A DNA stretch of 64,000 nt, taken from assembly GCA_035540955.1 (NCBI GenBank), contig DATLFP010000066.1, forward strand, positions 3,055-67,054, in the 5' to 3' direction. This document shows, piece by piece, positions 25,861 to 34,876 of this stretch. The notes beneath the pieces are model-generated. The model was not told the origin of the DNA. It was given only the letters and a program-made list of their open reading frames with translations, and did not search any database. Within the stretch, counting starts at the first letter, position 1, and each line of letters begins with the position of its first letter. The DNA is from Acidimicrobiales bacterium (GTDB lineage Bacteria > Actinomycetota > Acidimicrobiia > Acidimicrobiales > CADCSY01). The translations under genes and the position numbers were made by a program.

Positions 25861-26570
25861 GGCCAATCGCGCTTCACGACGCGGGCCGCGATCAAGCCCT
25901 TCAGCACCACGTTCTTCGCGAACCACGGGAGCTGCGACAGCTGTCGCGCCGCGTTCCGGGCTCGGCTCGGGGGCGGCTCGCGCCGGTACTCGGTGAGGGA
26001 GCCGCTGCGCCCGGTGTAGGTGTAGCCGGCGTCGGTCACCAGGCTGGAGAGGATGGCGAGGGTCACGCCGATCGAGCTGAAGGAGTCGTGGATCAGGAGG
26101 GTGCCCCCGGGCCGGACGCGCGCACCCCATGCTCTGATGTCGTCCCGGGCAGGGCGGTAGCGGTGGGCCCCGTCGATGTAGAGCAGGTCGATCGGGTCCT
26201 CGACCTCGCCGTGCGCCTCGCCCGAGAAGCGCCGGATGTGGCGGACGCGGTGGCGTACGCCGGCACGGGTGAGGTTCGCCTCGAACCGGCGGTTGTCGCC
26301 GGCGGCTTCGACCTCGAAGCCCTCGATCTCCTGCGGACCTCGATCGGTGCCGGCATGAGGATCGATGGCGACCACCTCGACGCCCTCGGCCGCGGCCCGG
26401 GCGAGCACGATCGTCGAGCGGCCCTGGAAGCTCCCGATCTCGACGATCCGAGCCGGCGGGGTCAGCGCCGACGCCGACGCCCACAGCCGGCGCGCCTGCG
26501 CGTCGGTCAGCCAACCGGCGACCCCGTCCAGGTCACGAAGGGTCGCGTCGAGTCCCACGGCGCAAGGCAT
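25854..26570 (-). CDS. class I SAM-dependent methyltransferase (Methyltransf_24/CmcI-like)
   Basis: IVEIGSFQGRSTIVLA...LLYIDGAHRYRPARDDIRAW...PGGTLLIHD. ATG at 26570. Its 3' end overlaps the convergent oxidoreductase gene by 7 nt. Confidence 0.75.
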   Translation of the reverse strand: MPCAVGLDATLRDLDGVAGWLTDAQARRLWASASALTPPARIVEIGSFQGRSTIVLARAAAEGVEVVAIDPHAGTDRGPQEIEGFEVEAAGDNRRFEANLTRAGVRHRVRHIRRFSGEAHGEVEDPIDLLYIDGAHRYRPARDDIRAWGARVRPGGTLLIHDSFSSIGVTLAILSSLVTDAGYTYTGRSGSLTEYRREPPPSRARNAARQLSQLPWFAKNVVLKGLIAARVVKRDWPY

Positions 26571-26584
26571 ACCATCGCCCGGCC

Positions 26585-27742
26585 ATGACGCCGGACCACC
26601 TCGCGGCCCTGGTGGCCGAGTCGGGCCTCCGGAGGATCCATCTCGTGTCCTGGCGGGACCTGGACGACAACGAGGCCGGTGGCTCCGAGGTCCACGCCTC
26701 GAACGTCGCCATGCGGTGGGCGGCGGCCGGACTCGACGTGCACCTTCGCACCTCTTTCGCCGTCGGCCGTCCCGCCACTGCAGTCCGCGACGGCGTCCGG
26801 GTGACACGACGGGCCGGGCGGTACGCGGTGTTCCCGCGGGCGGCGGTGAGCGAGGCGCTGCGACGAACCGGCCGCTGGGACGCCTTCGTCGAGATCTGGA
26901 ACGGGATGCCCTTCTTCTCGCCCCTGTGGACCGTGGGCAAGCCGTCGACGACCTGGTTGCACCACATGCACGCCGACATGTGGCACCAGACCTTCGCCGA
27001 CCAGCCCCGGGTCGGCGCCTTCGGCCACGCCCTCGAGACCCGCATCGCCCCGAAGCTGTACCGGCGCACGCGGATCGTCACCCTGTCAGCGTCGTCCAAG
27101 GACGAGCTGGTCCGGGAGATGGGCTTCCGCCCCGAGCGGGTCGATGTCGTGCCGCCGGGGATCGACGAGCGCTTCAGTCCCGGGGGGGAGCGCTCCCCCA
27201 CCCCCCTGGTGGTGGCGGTTGGCCGGCTCGTGCCGGTCAAGCGCTACGACCTGCTCATCCGGGTGCTGGCCGCCGTGAAGCAGCGGCACCCCGACCTCGA
27301 GGCGGTGATCGCGTCCGAGGGCTACGAGCGTCCCGCGCTCGAGGCCCTGCGCCGGGAGCTGGGTGCGGACGCGTGGCTCCGTCTGCCCGGTTGGCTGGGC
27401 GATGCCGAGATCGTCGACCTCTACCGGCGGGCGTGGGTGCTGGCCAGCACCTCGCTGCGCGAGGGATGGCACATGGGCATCACCGAGGCGGCGGCGTGCG
27501 GCACCCCGGCGGTCGTCACCGACATCGCGGGGCACCGCGACGCCGTCGACCATGGGCGCAGCGGGCTGCTCGCCGCCGACGAGCGGGGTCTCGTCGACGG
27601 GATCGACGCCGTCCTGCGCGACCGCGCCTTGCGGGCCCGCCTCGCCGAGGGCGCCCTCGCCCACGCCCGCCGCTTCACCTGGGACGCCACCGCGTTCGGC
27701 ACCTTCCGGGCCCTGGCCGAGGAGGCCGCCCGCCGCCGCTGA
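26585..27742 (+). CDS. glycosyltransferase family 4 (GT-B, retaining)
   Basis: GGSEVHASNVAMRWAAAG at the N-terminus. C-terminal half VGRLVPVKRYDLLI...STSLREGWHMGITEAAACGTPAVVTD contains the EX7E-type motif. Confidence 0.85.
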   Translation: MTPDHLAALVAESGLRRIHLVSWRDLDDNEAGGSEVHASNVAMRWAAAGLDVHLRTSFAVGRPATAVRDGVRVTRRAGRYAVFPRAAVSEALRRTGRWDAFVEIWNGMPFFSPLWTVGKPSTTWLHHMHADMWHQTFADQPRVGAFGHALETRIAPKLYRRTRIVTLSASSKDELVREMGFRPERVDVVPPGIDERFSPGGERSPTPLVVAVGRLVPVKRYDLLIRVLAAVKQRHPDLEAVIASEGYERPALEALRRELGADAWLRLPGWLGDAEIVDLYRRAWVLASTSLREGWHMGITEAAACGTPAVVTDIAGHRDAVDHGRSGLLAADERGLVDGIDAVLRDRALRARLAEGALAHARRFTWDATAFGTFRALAEEAARRR

Positions 27743-27760
27743 CCGCCCCCGACAGGATGG

Positions 27761-28360
27761 TCAGAAGCCGCGGGCAGCGCGCTGGGCTCGGCGCCAGACG
27801 CCGCGGTAGGCCTCGAGGCCGTCCTCGGCGAGCCACGACTCCGGACCCGACGCGATCGAGACCCGCTCGGGCACGCTTCCCCACACCGGCACCCCGGCCT
27901 CGGCCCACAGGTCGATGGTCTCCTGGTGGTCCCTCGTGTAGGTGCGGGCCGAGCTGATCACCAGACCGGCCGGGACCCGCTTGGGCACCAGCGCCAGCAC
28001 CGCATCGACCCGGGCGATCTCGACGCCGCCGACCCGGGTCGGGACGAGCACGACGTCGGCCCGCTCGATGGCCTTCGCCAGCATCCGGTCGTTGCCGGGC
28101 GGGGAGTCGACGATCGCCCACTCCTCGTCCTCGATCGAATCGAGCGCCTTCCCGAGCAGCCGCTCGGTGGGCGCCTCGACCAGCGACACCCGCTCGAGGT
28201 TCGGGTCCTCGGTGCCGTCGAGCCAGTCCGCGGCGCTCGCCTGGGGGTCGGCGTCGACCAGGGTCGACCACCGCCGGCTGGCCGAGGCCAACGAGGACAG
28301 GTACACCGACGCGGTCGTCTTGCCGACGCCGCCCTTGAGGGCCGCCACAACCAGGATCAC
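27761..28360 (-). CDS. orphan ParA/MinD-like P-loop ATPase (199 aa)
   Basis: Deviant Walker A VAALKGGVGKTT, followed by LVDADPQASA and IVDSPPG. GTG 28360 lies 27 nt downstream of the dprE2 stop on the same strand. No ParB-like gene is in the window. Confidence 0.8.
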   Translation of the reverse strand: MILVVAALKGGVGKTTASVYLSSLASASRRWSTLVDADPQASAADWLDGTEDPNLERVSLVEAPTERLLGKALDSIEDEEWAIVDSPPGNDRMLAKAIERADVVLVPTRVGGVEIARVDAVLALVPKRVPAGLVISSARTYTRDHQETIDLWAEAGVPVWGSVPERVSIASGPESWLAEDGLEAYRGVWRRAQRAARGF

Positions 28361-28387
28361 GGCGCCGACGCTAGCCCCGCGGCTCGA

Positions 28388-29134
28388 TCAGATCGGCAGC
28401 CGTGCGAACAGGGCGTGGGGCAGGTGCCGGAGGACGACCATCACCCACCGCATCGCCGACGGCGCCCACACGATCCGGGCGCCACGAGCCAGGCCGAGGT
28501 CGACGACCTCGGCCACAGCTTCGGGGGTCGTGGCCAGCGGCGGCACCCGCAACCCGGCGGTGAGCTTGGTCCTGACGAAGCCAGGGCGGACGACGAGCAC
28601 CTGCACACCCTGCGGCCGGAGCGCGTCACCGAGGCCGAGGGCGAAGGCGTCGATCCCGGCCTTGCTGGAGGCGTAGGCGAACAGGGACCGCCGGGGGCGC
28701 TCGGCAGCCACGGAGGACAGGACGACGAGGGCGCCGTGGCCCTGGGCGCTGAGCAGCCGACCCGCTTCGAGCGCGGCCGACACGGCACCCACGTAGTTCG
28801 TCGCCGCCATCTCGAGCGCCAGGCTCGGCTCCCGCTCGGCCGCCGCCTGGTCGTGCTGGACGCCGAAGGCCAGCACGACGGCGTCGAAGCCCCCGTGGTC
28901 GGCCCAGAGGCGCTCGAGGACGGCCCGGTGCTCGCCGGTCGCGAGGGCGTCGAACCACTCGACCGAGACGTCGGAGCCGGTGCGGGCCGCGAGGTCACCG
29001 GCGTCGACAGACCGCCCGGCGAGGACGACCGCCGCCCGGCGGGGCGCCGCCAAGCGCACCGCGATCGCCTGACCGATGTCGGATCCGCCGCCGAGCACCA
29101 GCACCCGCTGCACGGCGCCCAGCGCGTCCCTCAC
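28388..29134 (-). CDS. dprE2: decaprenylphospho-2'-keto-ribose reductase (DprE2-like SDR)
   Basis: VLVLGGGSDIGQAIA (Rossmann), YASSKAG (YxxxK), VVRPGFVRTKLT. It sits directly after dprE1 with a GTGA overlap at 29131-29134. The upstream 300+ codons of ORF 28388..30082 are out-of-frame shadow of dprE1. Confidence 0.8.
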   Translation of the reverse strand: MRDALGAVQRVLVLGGGSDIGQAIAVRLAAPRRAAVVLAGRSVDAGDLAARTGSDVSVEWFDALATGEHRAVLERLWADHGGFDAVVLAFGVQHDQAAAEREPSLALEMAATNYVGAVSAALEAGRLLSAQGHGALVVLSSVAAERPRRSLFAYASSKAGIDAFALGLGDALRPQGVQVLVVRPGFVRTKLTAGLRVPPLATTPEAVAEVVDLGLARGARIVWAPSAMRWVMVVLRHLPHALFARLPI

Positions 29135-30522
29135 GTTCGGGCTCCCCGGCCCAGCAGGTCGAGGCGGCGGGCGAGGTCCGACACCATGACACCGGCCGGG
29201 TCGAGGCCGGCCTGCACCGCTCGCCACTCGTCGAGGCGCGGGTACCAGGCCCGGACGAGGGCGGGATCGGAACGGCCGTCCTTGGCGAAGTAGCACCGCC
29301 CGCCCGCCTCGGTCACCCGCACGTCCAGCTCGTCGAGCAGGCCGGCGAGGTGGCGGGGGCCCACCGCGAAGTCGAGCGCCAACGTCCAGCCCGCGGTCGG
29401 GAACGACAGGGGCCCCGGCGTCCCCGGCCCGAAGCGCTTGAGCACGGCCAGGAACGATGCCGCGTGCGACCGGCTCAGGCGTTCGATCGCGTCGCGGAGC
29501 GCGTCTTCGGCCCCGAAGGGCACGACGCACTGGTACTGCACGAAGCCTCGCCGTCCATAGAGCCGGTTCCAGCCCGCCACCAGGTCGAGCGGGTAGAAGA
29601 ACCAGCCGTGGTGCTGTACCAGACCCCGGGCGCGCGCCGGGGCCTTGCGGAACCACAGCTCGTTGAACGCACCGACGGTGAGCCGGTTGACGAGGCCCGA
29701 CGGCACCCACGGGGGCGCCGGGACGCTCCGCGGCCGCGGCACCTCGAGCGCCGCGTGCCGTTCGCCGGAGGGGAGCTCGTCGGCCGTGGCGTGGCGACCC
29801 CTCGTCAGCACCGAACGGCCGAGCCCTCGCCCCACCGCCTGGCAGTCGATCCATGCCACCGAGTACAGGTAGTCGTCGTCGCCGTCGGTCATCAGCGCCA
29901 TGACCGTGTCGAGGTCCGGCGCCCGGTCGACGTCGACCAGGAGGCGTGAGGTCGCCACCGGGCGCAAGCGAACGGTGGCGTCGAGGATCACCCCTGTCAG
30001 CCCCAGCCCGCCGGCGGTGGCCCAGAACACCTCGGGGTCGTCGACGGGGCTGACCGACAGCACGCCGCGCCCCGGCGTCCACAGCGTCAGCGAATCGACG
30101 AACCGGACGAAGCTCCCGTCGACGTGGTGGTTCTTCCCGTGCACGTCGGCGGCGATGGCGCCACCGACGGTCACGTGCCGGGTGCCGGGGGTGACGGGTG
30201 GGAACCAGCCGTGGGGCAGGCCCACGTCGATCAGGTCGGCGATGCTCACACCGGCGCCGACGTGCGCGATGCCCGTCGACGGATCGAAGCCGAGGAACCG
30301 GCGGTGTCCCGAGAGGTCCAGGACCAGACCGCCACCGTTCTGGGCGGCGTCGTTGTAGCTGCGCCCGAGTCCGCGGGCGATCACCCCCCGGGCCGGCGCC
30401 CCCGAGGCCGCCTTCACCGCATCGTCACCGTCGGCGGCCCGGTGCACCGCGGCCGCCGATGGCGCCGTCCGTCCCCACCCGGTGAGGAGCTGGCGGGCTG
30501 CGTCAGGTGCCGGCACTGACAC
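29131..30522 (-). CDS. dprE1: decaprenylphosphoryl-beta-D-ribose 2'-oxidase (DprE1-like FAD enzyme)
   Basis: LTGWGRTAPS...ARGLGRSYNDAAQNGGG...TPGTRHVTVGGAIAADVHGKNHH...LKRFGPGTPGPLSFPTAGWTLALDF...YFAKDGR...YPRLDEWR...SDLARRLDLL aligns block-for-block with my memory of Rv3790. Confidence 0.85.
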   Translation of the reverse strand: MSVPAPDAARQLLTGWGRTAPSAAAVHRAADGDDAVKAASGAPARGVIARGLGRSYNDAAQNGGGLVLDLSGHRRFLGFDPSTGIAHVGAGVSIADLIDVGLPHGWFPPVTPGTRHVTVGGAIAADVHGKNHHVDGSFVRFVDSLTLWTPGRGVLSVSPVDDPEVFWATAGGLGLTGVILDATVRLRPVATSRLLVDVDRAPDLDTVMALMTDGDDDYLYSVAWIDCQAVGRGLGRSVLTRGRHATADELPSGERHAALEVPRPRSVPAPPWVPSGLVNRLTVGAFNELWFRKAPARARGLVQHHGWFFYPLDLVAGWNRLYGRRGFVQYQCVVPFGAEDALRDAIERLSRSHAASFLAVLKRFGPGTPGPLSFPTAGWTLALDFAVGPRHLAGLLDELDVRVTEAGGRCYFAKDGRSDPALVRAWYPRLDEWRAVQAGLDPAGVMVSDLARRLDLLGRGART

Positions 30523-31420
30523 CGAGCCCCACGAGCACGACCCAGCAGAGGCCGAGCGCCTGCAACGTGCGATCGCGCATGACGATCTCCTCCGGCGCCG
30601 ACCCCTCTCCCTGCTCCAAGCGGAGCGCGTAGTGGAGGATCCCCAGCACGAAGGGGATGATCGAGAGCTCGTACCAGATCTCGCCGCCCCCGATCTCCTG
30701 GGGCCGCTCGAACGCCCACAGGCAGTACGCGGCGAGGCACGACGCGGCCGACACCGACCGGACGAACCGGAGGAAGGGCACCGAGTAGTCGGCCAGCGTC
30801 GCCCGGATGGCCCCGGCGTCGACGCCGAGGTCGGCGTGCTCGGCTGATCGCTTGCCGGCGACGATGAACAGCGAGCCGAACCCGGCGACGATCAGGAACC
30901 ACTGGGAGATGGCCACGCCGGCGGCGGCGCCCCCGGCCACCGCCCGCAGCACGAACCCGGAGGCGACGGCGGCGATGTCGAACACGGCGATGTCCTTGAG
31001 CCGGTAGCTGTACGCGAGCTGCACGACCACGTAGGCGCCGACGACGGTGGCAAGCTGCCATCGCACCGCCAGCGCCGCACCGAGGCCGGCGAGGGCGAGC
31101 ACGGCACCCAGGACCACCGCGGTGCCGACCCGGATCTCCCCGGCGGCGACCGGGCGCCGGTGCTTCGACGGGTGAGCGCGGTCCGACTCGTGGTCGCGCG
31201 CGTCGTTGAGGCAGTAGACACCGCTCGAGACGAGGCAGAAGGCGACGAAGGCCGCTGCGGTGCGGAACGGCGTCCCACCTTCGAGGAGCGACCCAGCGGC
31301 GAACGGCGCGCCCAGGACCAGGACGTTCTTGGACCACTGCCGGGGTCGGATCAGGCGCACCACCGCCGGCACGCGAGAGGGCGACGGCACGGCGGCGGCG
31401 GGCGAGGCGGCGGCGTCCAT
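30503..31420 (-). CDS. ubiA: decaprenyl-phosphate 5-phosphoribosyltransferase (UbiA-family, Rv3806c-like)
   Basis: LIRPRQWSKNVLVLGAPFAAG...YCLNDARDHESDRAHPSKHRRPVAAGEI is the UbiA NDxxD motif in the Rv3806c-type context. About 8-9 TM helices. It lies immediately upstream of dprE1. Confidence 0.8.
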   Translation of the reverse strand: MDAAASPAAAVPSPSRVPAVVRLIRPRQWSKNVLVLGAPFAAGSLLEGGTPFRTAAAFVAFCLVSSGVYCLNDARDHESDRAHPSKHRRPVAAGEIRVGTAVVLGAVLALAGLGAALAVRWQLATVVGAYVVVQLAYSYRLKDIAVFDIAAVASGFVLRAVAGGAAAGVAISQWFLIVAGFGSLFIVAGKRSAEHADLGVDAGAIRATLADYSVPFLRFVRSVSAASCLAAYCLWAFERPQEIGGGEIWYELSIIPFVLGILHYALRLEQGEGSAPEEIVMRDRTLQALGLCWVVLVGLGVSAGT

Positions 31421-31525
31421 GGGGTCGGACGAGGGTAACCCCGAGCAACGCGGGCGCCGGGCCACGGTGGGCGCCGCCCTGCTGCCGTGCCGGCTGCCTC
31501 ACTCCCCTATCTTGTGCCACTCAGG

Positions 31526-33586
31526 GTGACCACGCACCAGACGACGCAGCCGCAGGAGATCGGTGCTCCGCGCATCGGCGCGCTCGACGGGCTGCGGGGG
31601 CTGGCGGTCGCCGGTGTCCTCGCCTACCACGCCGGCTTCGGGTGGGCGCGGGGCGGCTTCCTCGGCGTGTCGCTGTTCTTCACGCTCTCCGGGTTCCTGA
31701 TCACCACCCTCCTCCTCGGCGAGTGGGCGAGCTCCGGGCGGATCTCGCTCCGCGCGTTCTGGGCCCGGCGGGCGCGGCGACTCCTCCCGGCGGCGATGGT
31801 CGCGCTCGGCGGCATCGTCGTCTTCGGCGCCACCGTGGCTTCGGCGTCCCAGCTGCGCGATCTGCGCGGCGATGTGCTGGGCGCCCTCGGCTACGTCGCC
31901 AACTGGCGGTTCGTCGCCGCCGGGTCGTCCTACGGCGACCTGTGGTCCTCGCCCTCGCCGGTGCAGCACTTCTGGAGCCTGGCCATCGAGGAGCAGCTCT
32001 ATCTCGTGATCCCGCTCGTGGTCGCGGCGTCCCTCGCCGCGGCACGGGGCCGGCTCGGCGTCGTCGCCGCCGCGCTCGGGACGCTGCTGCTCGCGTCGGT
32101 CGGCGCCGGGCTGGTCGCCGGCGATGGGCTGCGCGCCTACTACGGCACCGATGTCCGCGCTGCCGAGCTGCTGGTCGGCGCCCTGCTCGCCGTGGCCGTC
32201 GCCGGCCGACCGGCGATCGAGCGCCATCCCGTGGTGCCCGTCGCGGCACCGGTGGCGCTCGTGGCGCTCGTGGTCGCGTGGGTGGCGACGAGCCAGACCG
32301 ATCCCCGCCTCTACCGCGGCGGCCTCCTCGCCCACGCCGTGCTGGCGGCGATGGTGATCGTGGGCAGCCGGTCCGGCGGGCCGATGGCCACCGCGCTCGA
32401 ATGGGCACCGCTGCGATGGCTCGGCCGGATCTCCTATGGCGCCTACCTGTACCACTGGCCCATCTTCCTGTGGCTCGACGAGACGCGGGTCGGCCTCTCC
32501 GGTGTCTGGCTCGCCGCCACTCGGGTCGCGGTGACGCTCGCCGCCGCCGCCGTGTCGGCTCGGGTGCTCGAGGAGCCGGTGCGGCGCGGCGCTCGCGTCC
32601 GCGGCCGGTTGGTGCCGGTGATCGCGGGAGCCGCCGCGGCAAGCGTCGCCGCCGGCGTCCTGCTCGTCACCGTGTCCGTGCCGGCCCCGGCCATCGGCGT
32701 CGAGCTCACGGGCGCATCGCGGCTCGTGGAGCCGTCCCGCGTCGCGCCCGCGCCGCTCGCCGTGGCACCCATCGTCGCGCCCGGCGCTGCGCCGGCCACC
32801 GCGCCCCTCGCGGACGCCACGACCATCGCGCCGCCCGCCGGTCCCGGCCCCGGTGTGCACATCGCCCCGGTCCCCCGCGCGCCGGGTGAGCGCCTGCGCG
32901 TCTACGTGGCGGGCGACTCGAACGCGTTCGTGCTGGGACTGAAGATGCTGCGCTGGGGCGAGCGCAACGGCGCCGACGTCTGGGCCAGCGGCTGGTTCGC
33001 CTGCCACATCGTCCCCGGTGGCACCTACCGATGGGCGGGCCAGCCCAAGCACACCGAGGACAAGTGCAACAACTGGAAGGAGACCCGCGCCCGGGAGATC
33101 GCCACGATCCAGCCCCACGTGGTCCTCGTGATCTACGGATCGTTCGACCTGCTCGACCGTCGGTGGGACGGCTCCGACGAGTGGACCCACATCGGCCGGC
33201 CCGACTTCGACCGCCTCCTCAAGCAGAACATCGAGGAGATGACCGACCTCCTCGCCGCCGGCGGCGCCCGGGTCATCTGGGCCACCTATCCCCGCACCCG
33301 CACGGGCGTCATCGACGGCGTGCCGCCACCCCGCGACTTCCCCGAGGTCGACGAGTACCGCGTGGCGCGGCTCAACACCTTCATCCGCGAGGTCACCGCC
33401 GCCCGGCCGTTCGCCGGCGTGATCGATCTGCGCCGGTACATGCAGGCGTGGCCGAACGGCGAGCTCGATCCCGAGCGCCGCCCCGACGGGATCCACCCCA
33501 GCGACCACGAAGCGGTGAACATCGCCGAGTGGGCCGCGCAACAGCTCATGTCGCGGATGGAGCGCGAGCGCGCCGCGACACCATGA
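31526..33586 (+). CDS. acyltransferase-3 (OafA/YrhL-type) membrane protein fused to a C-terminal SGNH domain
   Basis: LDGLRGLAVAGVLAYHAGF...GVSLFFTLSGFLITTLLL...RRARRLLPA is the AT3 signature. C-terminal RVYVAGDSNAF...DGIHPS is SGNH-like. The start is uncertain (GTG 31526 or ORF start 31487). Confidence 0.8.
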   Translation: MTTHQTTQPQEIGAPRIGALDGLRGLAVAGVLAYHAGFGWARGGFLGVSLFFTLSGFLITTLLLGEWASSGRISLRAFWARRARRLLPAAMVALGGIVVFGATVASASQLRDLRGDVLGALGYVANWRFVAAGSSYGDLWSSPSPVQHFWSLAIEEQLYLVIPLVVAASLAAARGRLGVVAAALGTLLLASVGAGLVAGDGLRAYYGTDVRAAELLVGALLAVAVAGRPAIERHPVVPVAAPVALVALVVAWVATSQTDPRLYRGGLLAHAVLAAMVIVGSRSGGPMATALEWAPLRWLGRISYGAYLYHWPIFLWLDETRVGLSGVWLAATRVAVTLAAAAVSARVLEEPVRRGARVRGRLVPVIAGAAAASVAAGVLLVTVSVPAPAIGVELTGASRLVEPSRVAPAPLAVAPIVAPGAAPATAPLADATTIAPPAGPGPGVHIAPVPRAPGERLRVYVAGDSNAFVLGLKMLRWGERNGADVWASGWFACHIVPGGTYRWAGQPKHTEDKCNNWKETRAREIATIQPHVVLVIYGSFDLLDRRWDGSDEWTHIGRPDFDRLLKQNIEEMTDLLAAGGARVIWATYPRTRTGVIDGVPPPRDFPEVDEYRVARLNTFIREVTAARPFAGVIDLRRYMQAWPNGELDPERRPDGIHPSDHEAVNIAEWAAQQLMSRMERERAATP

Positions 33587-34838
33587 GCACGCCCACGCCG
33601 ATGGCGGCGACCGGCACGGCCGGCACGTGGAAGCGCGGGTCCCCGAAGAAGATCAGCGGTGGCAGCAGCGCGCCGACACCGGTGAGGACGACCAGCAGCC
33701 CGGCGGGTGCGGCGCGGCGGACCAGGATGGCGAGACCGGCGACGCCGACCACGCCGGCGACCGCCCCGTACCAGTTGGCCACCGTCCGCAGGCGGTCACG
33801 GGTGCCGTCCGCCATCCATGGGTCGTCGCCGTAGGACTCCACCGCCGCCAACCCGTCGGCGTCGTCGGCGAAGAGGGCGCCGATCCGCCGGAAGACGAGG
33901 CGCAGCTCCTCGCCCGGGTGCCCGCGCACGAACTCGAGAGCGACTCGCCGGCCATGGGCATCCCGGGCGGTCTCGAACTCCGGCCGGTCGAGGGCGTCGA
34001 AGGGCCCGACGAAGCAGTCGTCGTTGGGGAAGTCGAAGCCGCCCGACGCCCCGAGGTGCCGGCTCATGCACAGGTTGTCGCCCGTGTTGGTCGACAGCGT
34101 GAGCTGGTCCATCACCATCGCGTTGCGGACCATCCACGGGATCAGCACGGCGACCGCCACCCCTGTGATCACCGCCGTCTGCGTGAGCGCCCGACGCCAT
34201 CCGGCACGCCCGGCCAGGAACACGACGAGCAGCAGCGGGAACACCGGCGCCGTGACGGGCCGCACCAGGGTGGCGGCGCCCAGCACGAGTCCCACGGTCA
34301 CGAGCCGCCACCGCTCCCACTGTCCAACCGGCCACGGGGCACTGACCCCGAGCAGCACCGCCACCAGCAGGAGGCACAGGAAGAGCGACTCGGTGAGAGC
34401 GGCGGCGGTGTGGAACACGAGGTTCGGCCAGAGCGCGAGGACGGCCGCGGCGGTGTACCCGGCGAGAGGGACGCCGGTGAGCCGGCGAGCCGCGAGGAAG
34501 GCGAGGACGATCGTCGCCAGCTGCCAGGCGATGTTGAGAGTGGCGACGATGCCGACCTCGGGGTGGGTGAGGCGGTCGAGCGGCCAGTGGTAGCCCAGCC
34601 ACATGAACGGGGCGAGGGCGAAGGCGTAGCCCGGCGGGTAGTACGCCGTCGGCGCGCCGTCGAGCAGCCGGTACCCGTTCCCGTTCGCCAGCTGCTGGCC
34701 GTACAGGTAGTAGAAGTTCGGATCGTGGAGCCCGCCGCCGGGCAAGCGGGCGGCGTAGAAGCACCAGACGACGCGCAGCACGAGGGCGACGGCGAGGATG
34801 GTGCCGAGGATCGCCCGCTCCTGCCTGGTCACAGTCAC
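33546..34838 (-). CDS. GT-C membrane glycosyltransferase (family 39/83-like)
   Basis: ILAVALVLRVVWCFYAARLPGGGLHDPNFYYLYGQQLANGNGYR...YYPPGYAFALAPF is the typical ArnT/PMT-like N-terminal loop. About 10 TM helices, 430 aa. Confidence 0.65.
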   Translation of the reverse strand: MTVTRQERAILGTILAVALVLRVVWCFYAARLPGGGLHDPNFYYLYGQQLANGNGYRLLDGAPTAYYPPGYAFALAPFMWLGYHWPLDRLTHPEVGIVATLNIAWQLATIVLAFLAARRLTGVPLAGYTAAAVLALWPNLVFHTAAALTESLFLCLLLVAVLLGVSAPWPVGQWERWRLVTVGLVLGAATLVRPVTAPVFPLLLVVFLAGRAGWRRALTQTAVITGVAVAVLIPWMVRNAMVMDQLTLSTNTGDNLCMSRHLGASGGFDFPNDDCFVGPFDALDRPEFETARDAHGRRVALEFVRGHPGEELRLVFRRIGALFADDADGLAAVESYGDDPWMADGTRDRLRTVANWYGAVAGVVGVAGLAILVRRAAPAGLLVVLTGVGALLPPLIFFGDPRFHVPAVPVAAIGVGVLMVSRRARAPSAT

Positions 34839-34876
34839 TCATCCTGACCCACGCGCCCGTACGATCCCGCGATCCC

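Noticed and set aside
27761-28360. ParA as evidence for a plasmid, integrated element or chromosome partition locus
   Set aside because: No ParB, rep, integrase, relaxase or parS-like repeats are nearby. The gene is co-oriented with, and 27 nt from, dprE2 inside a biosynthetic island.
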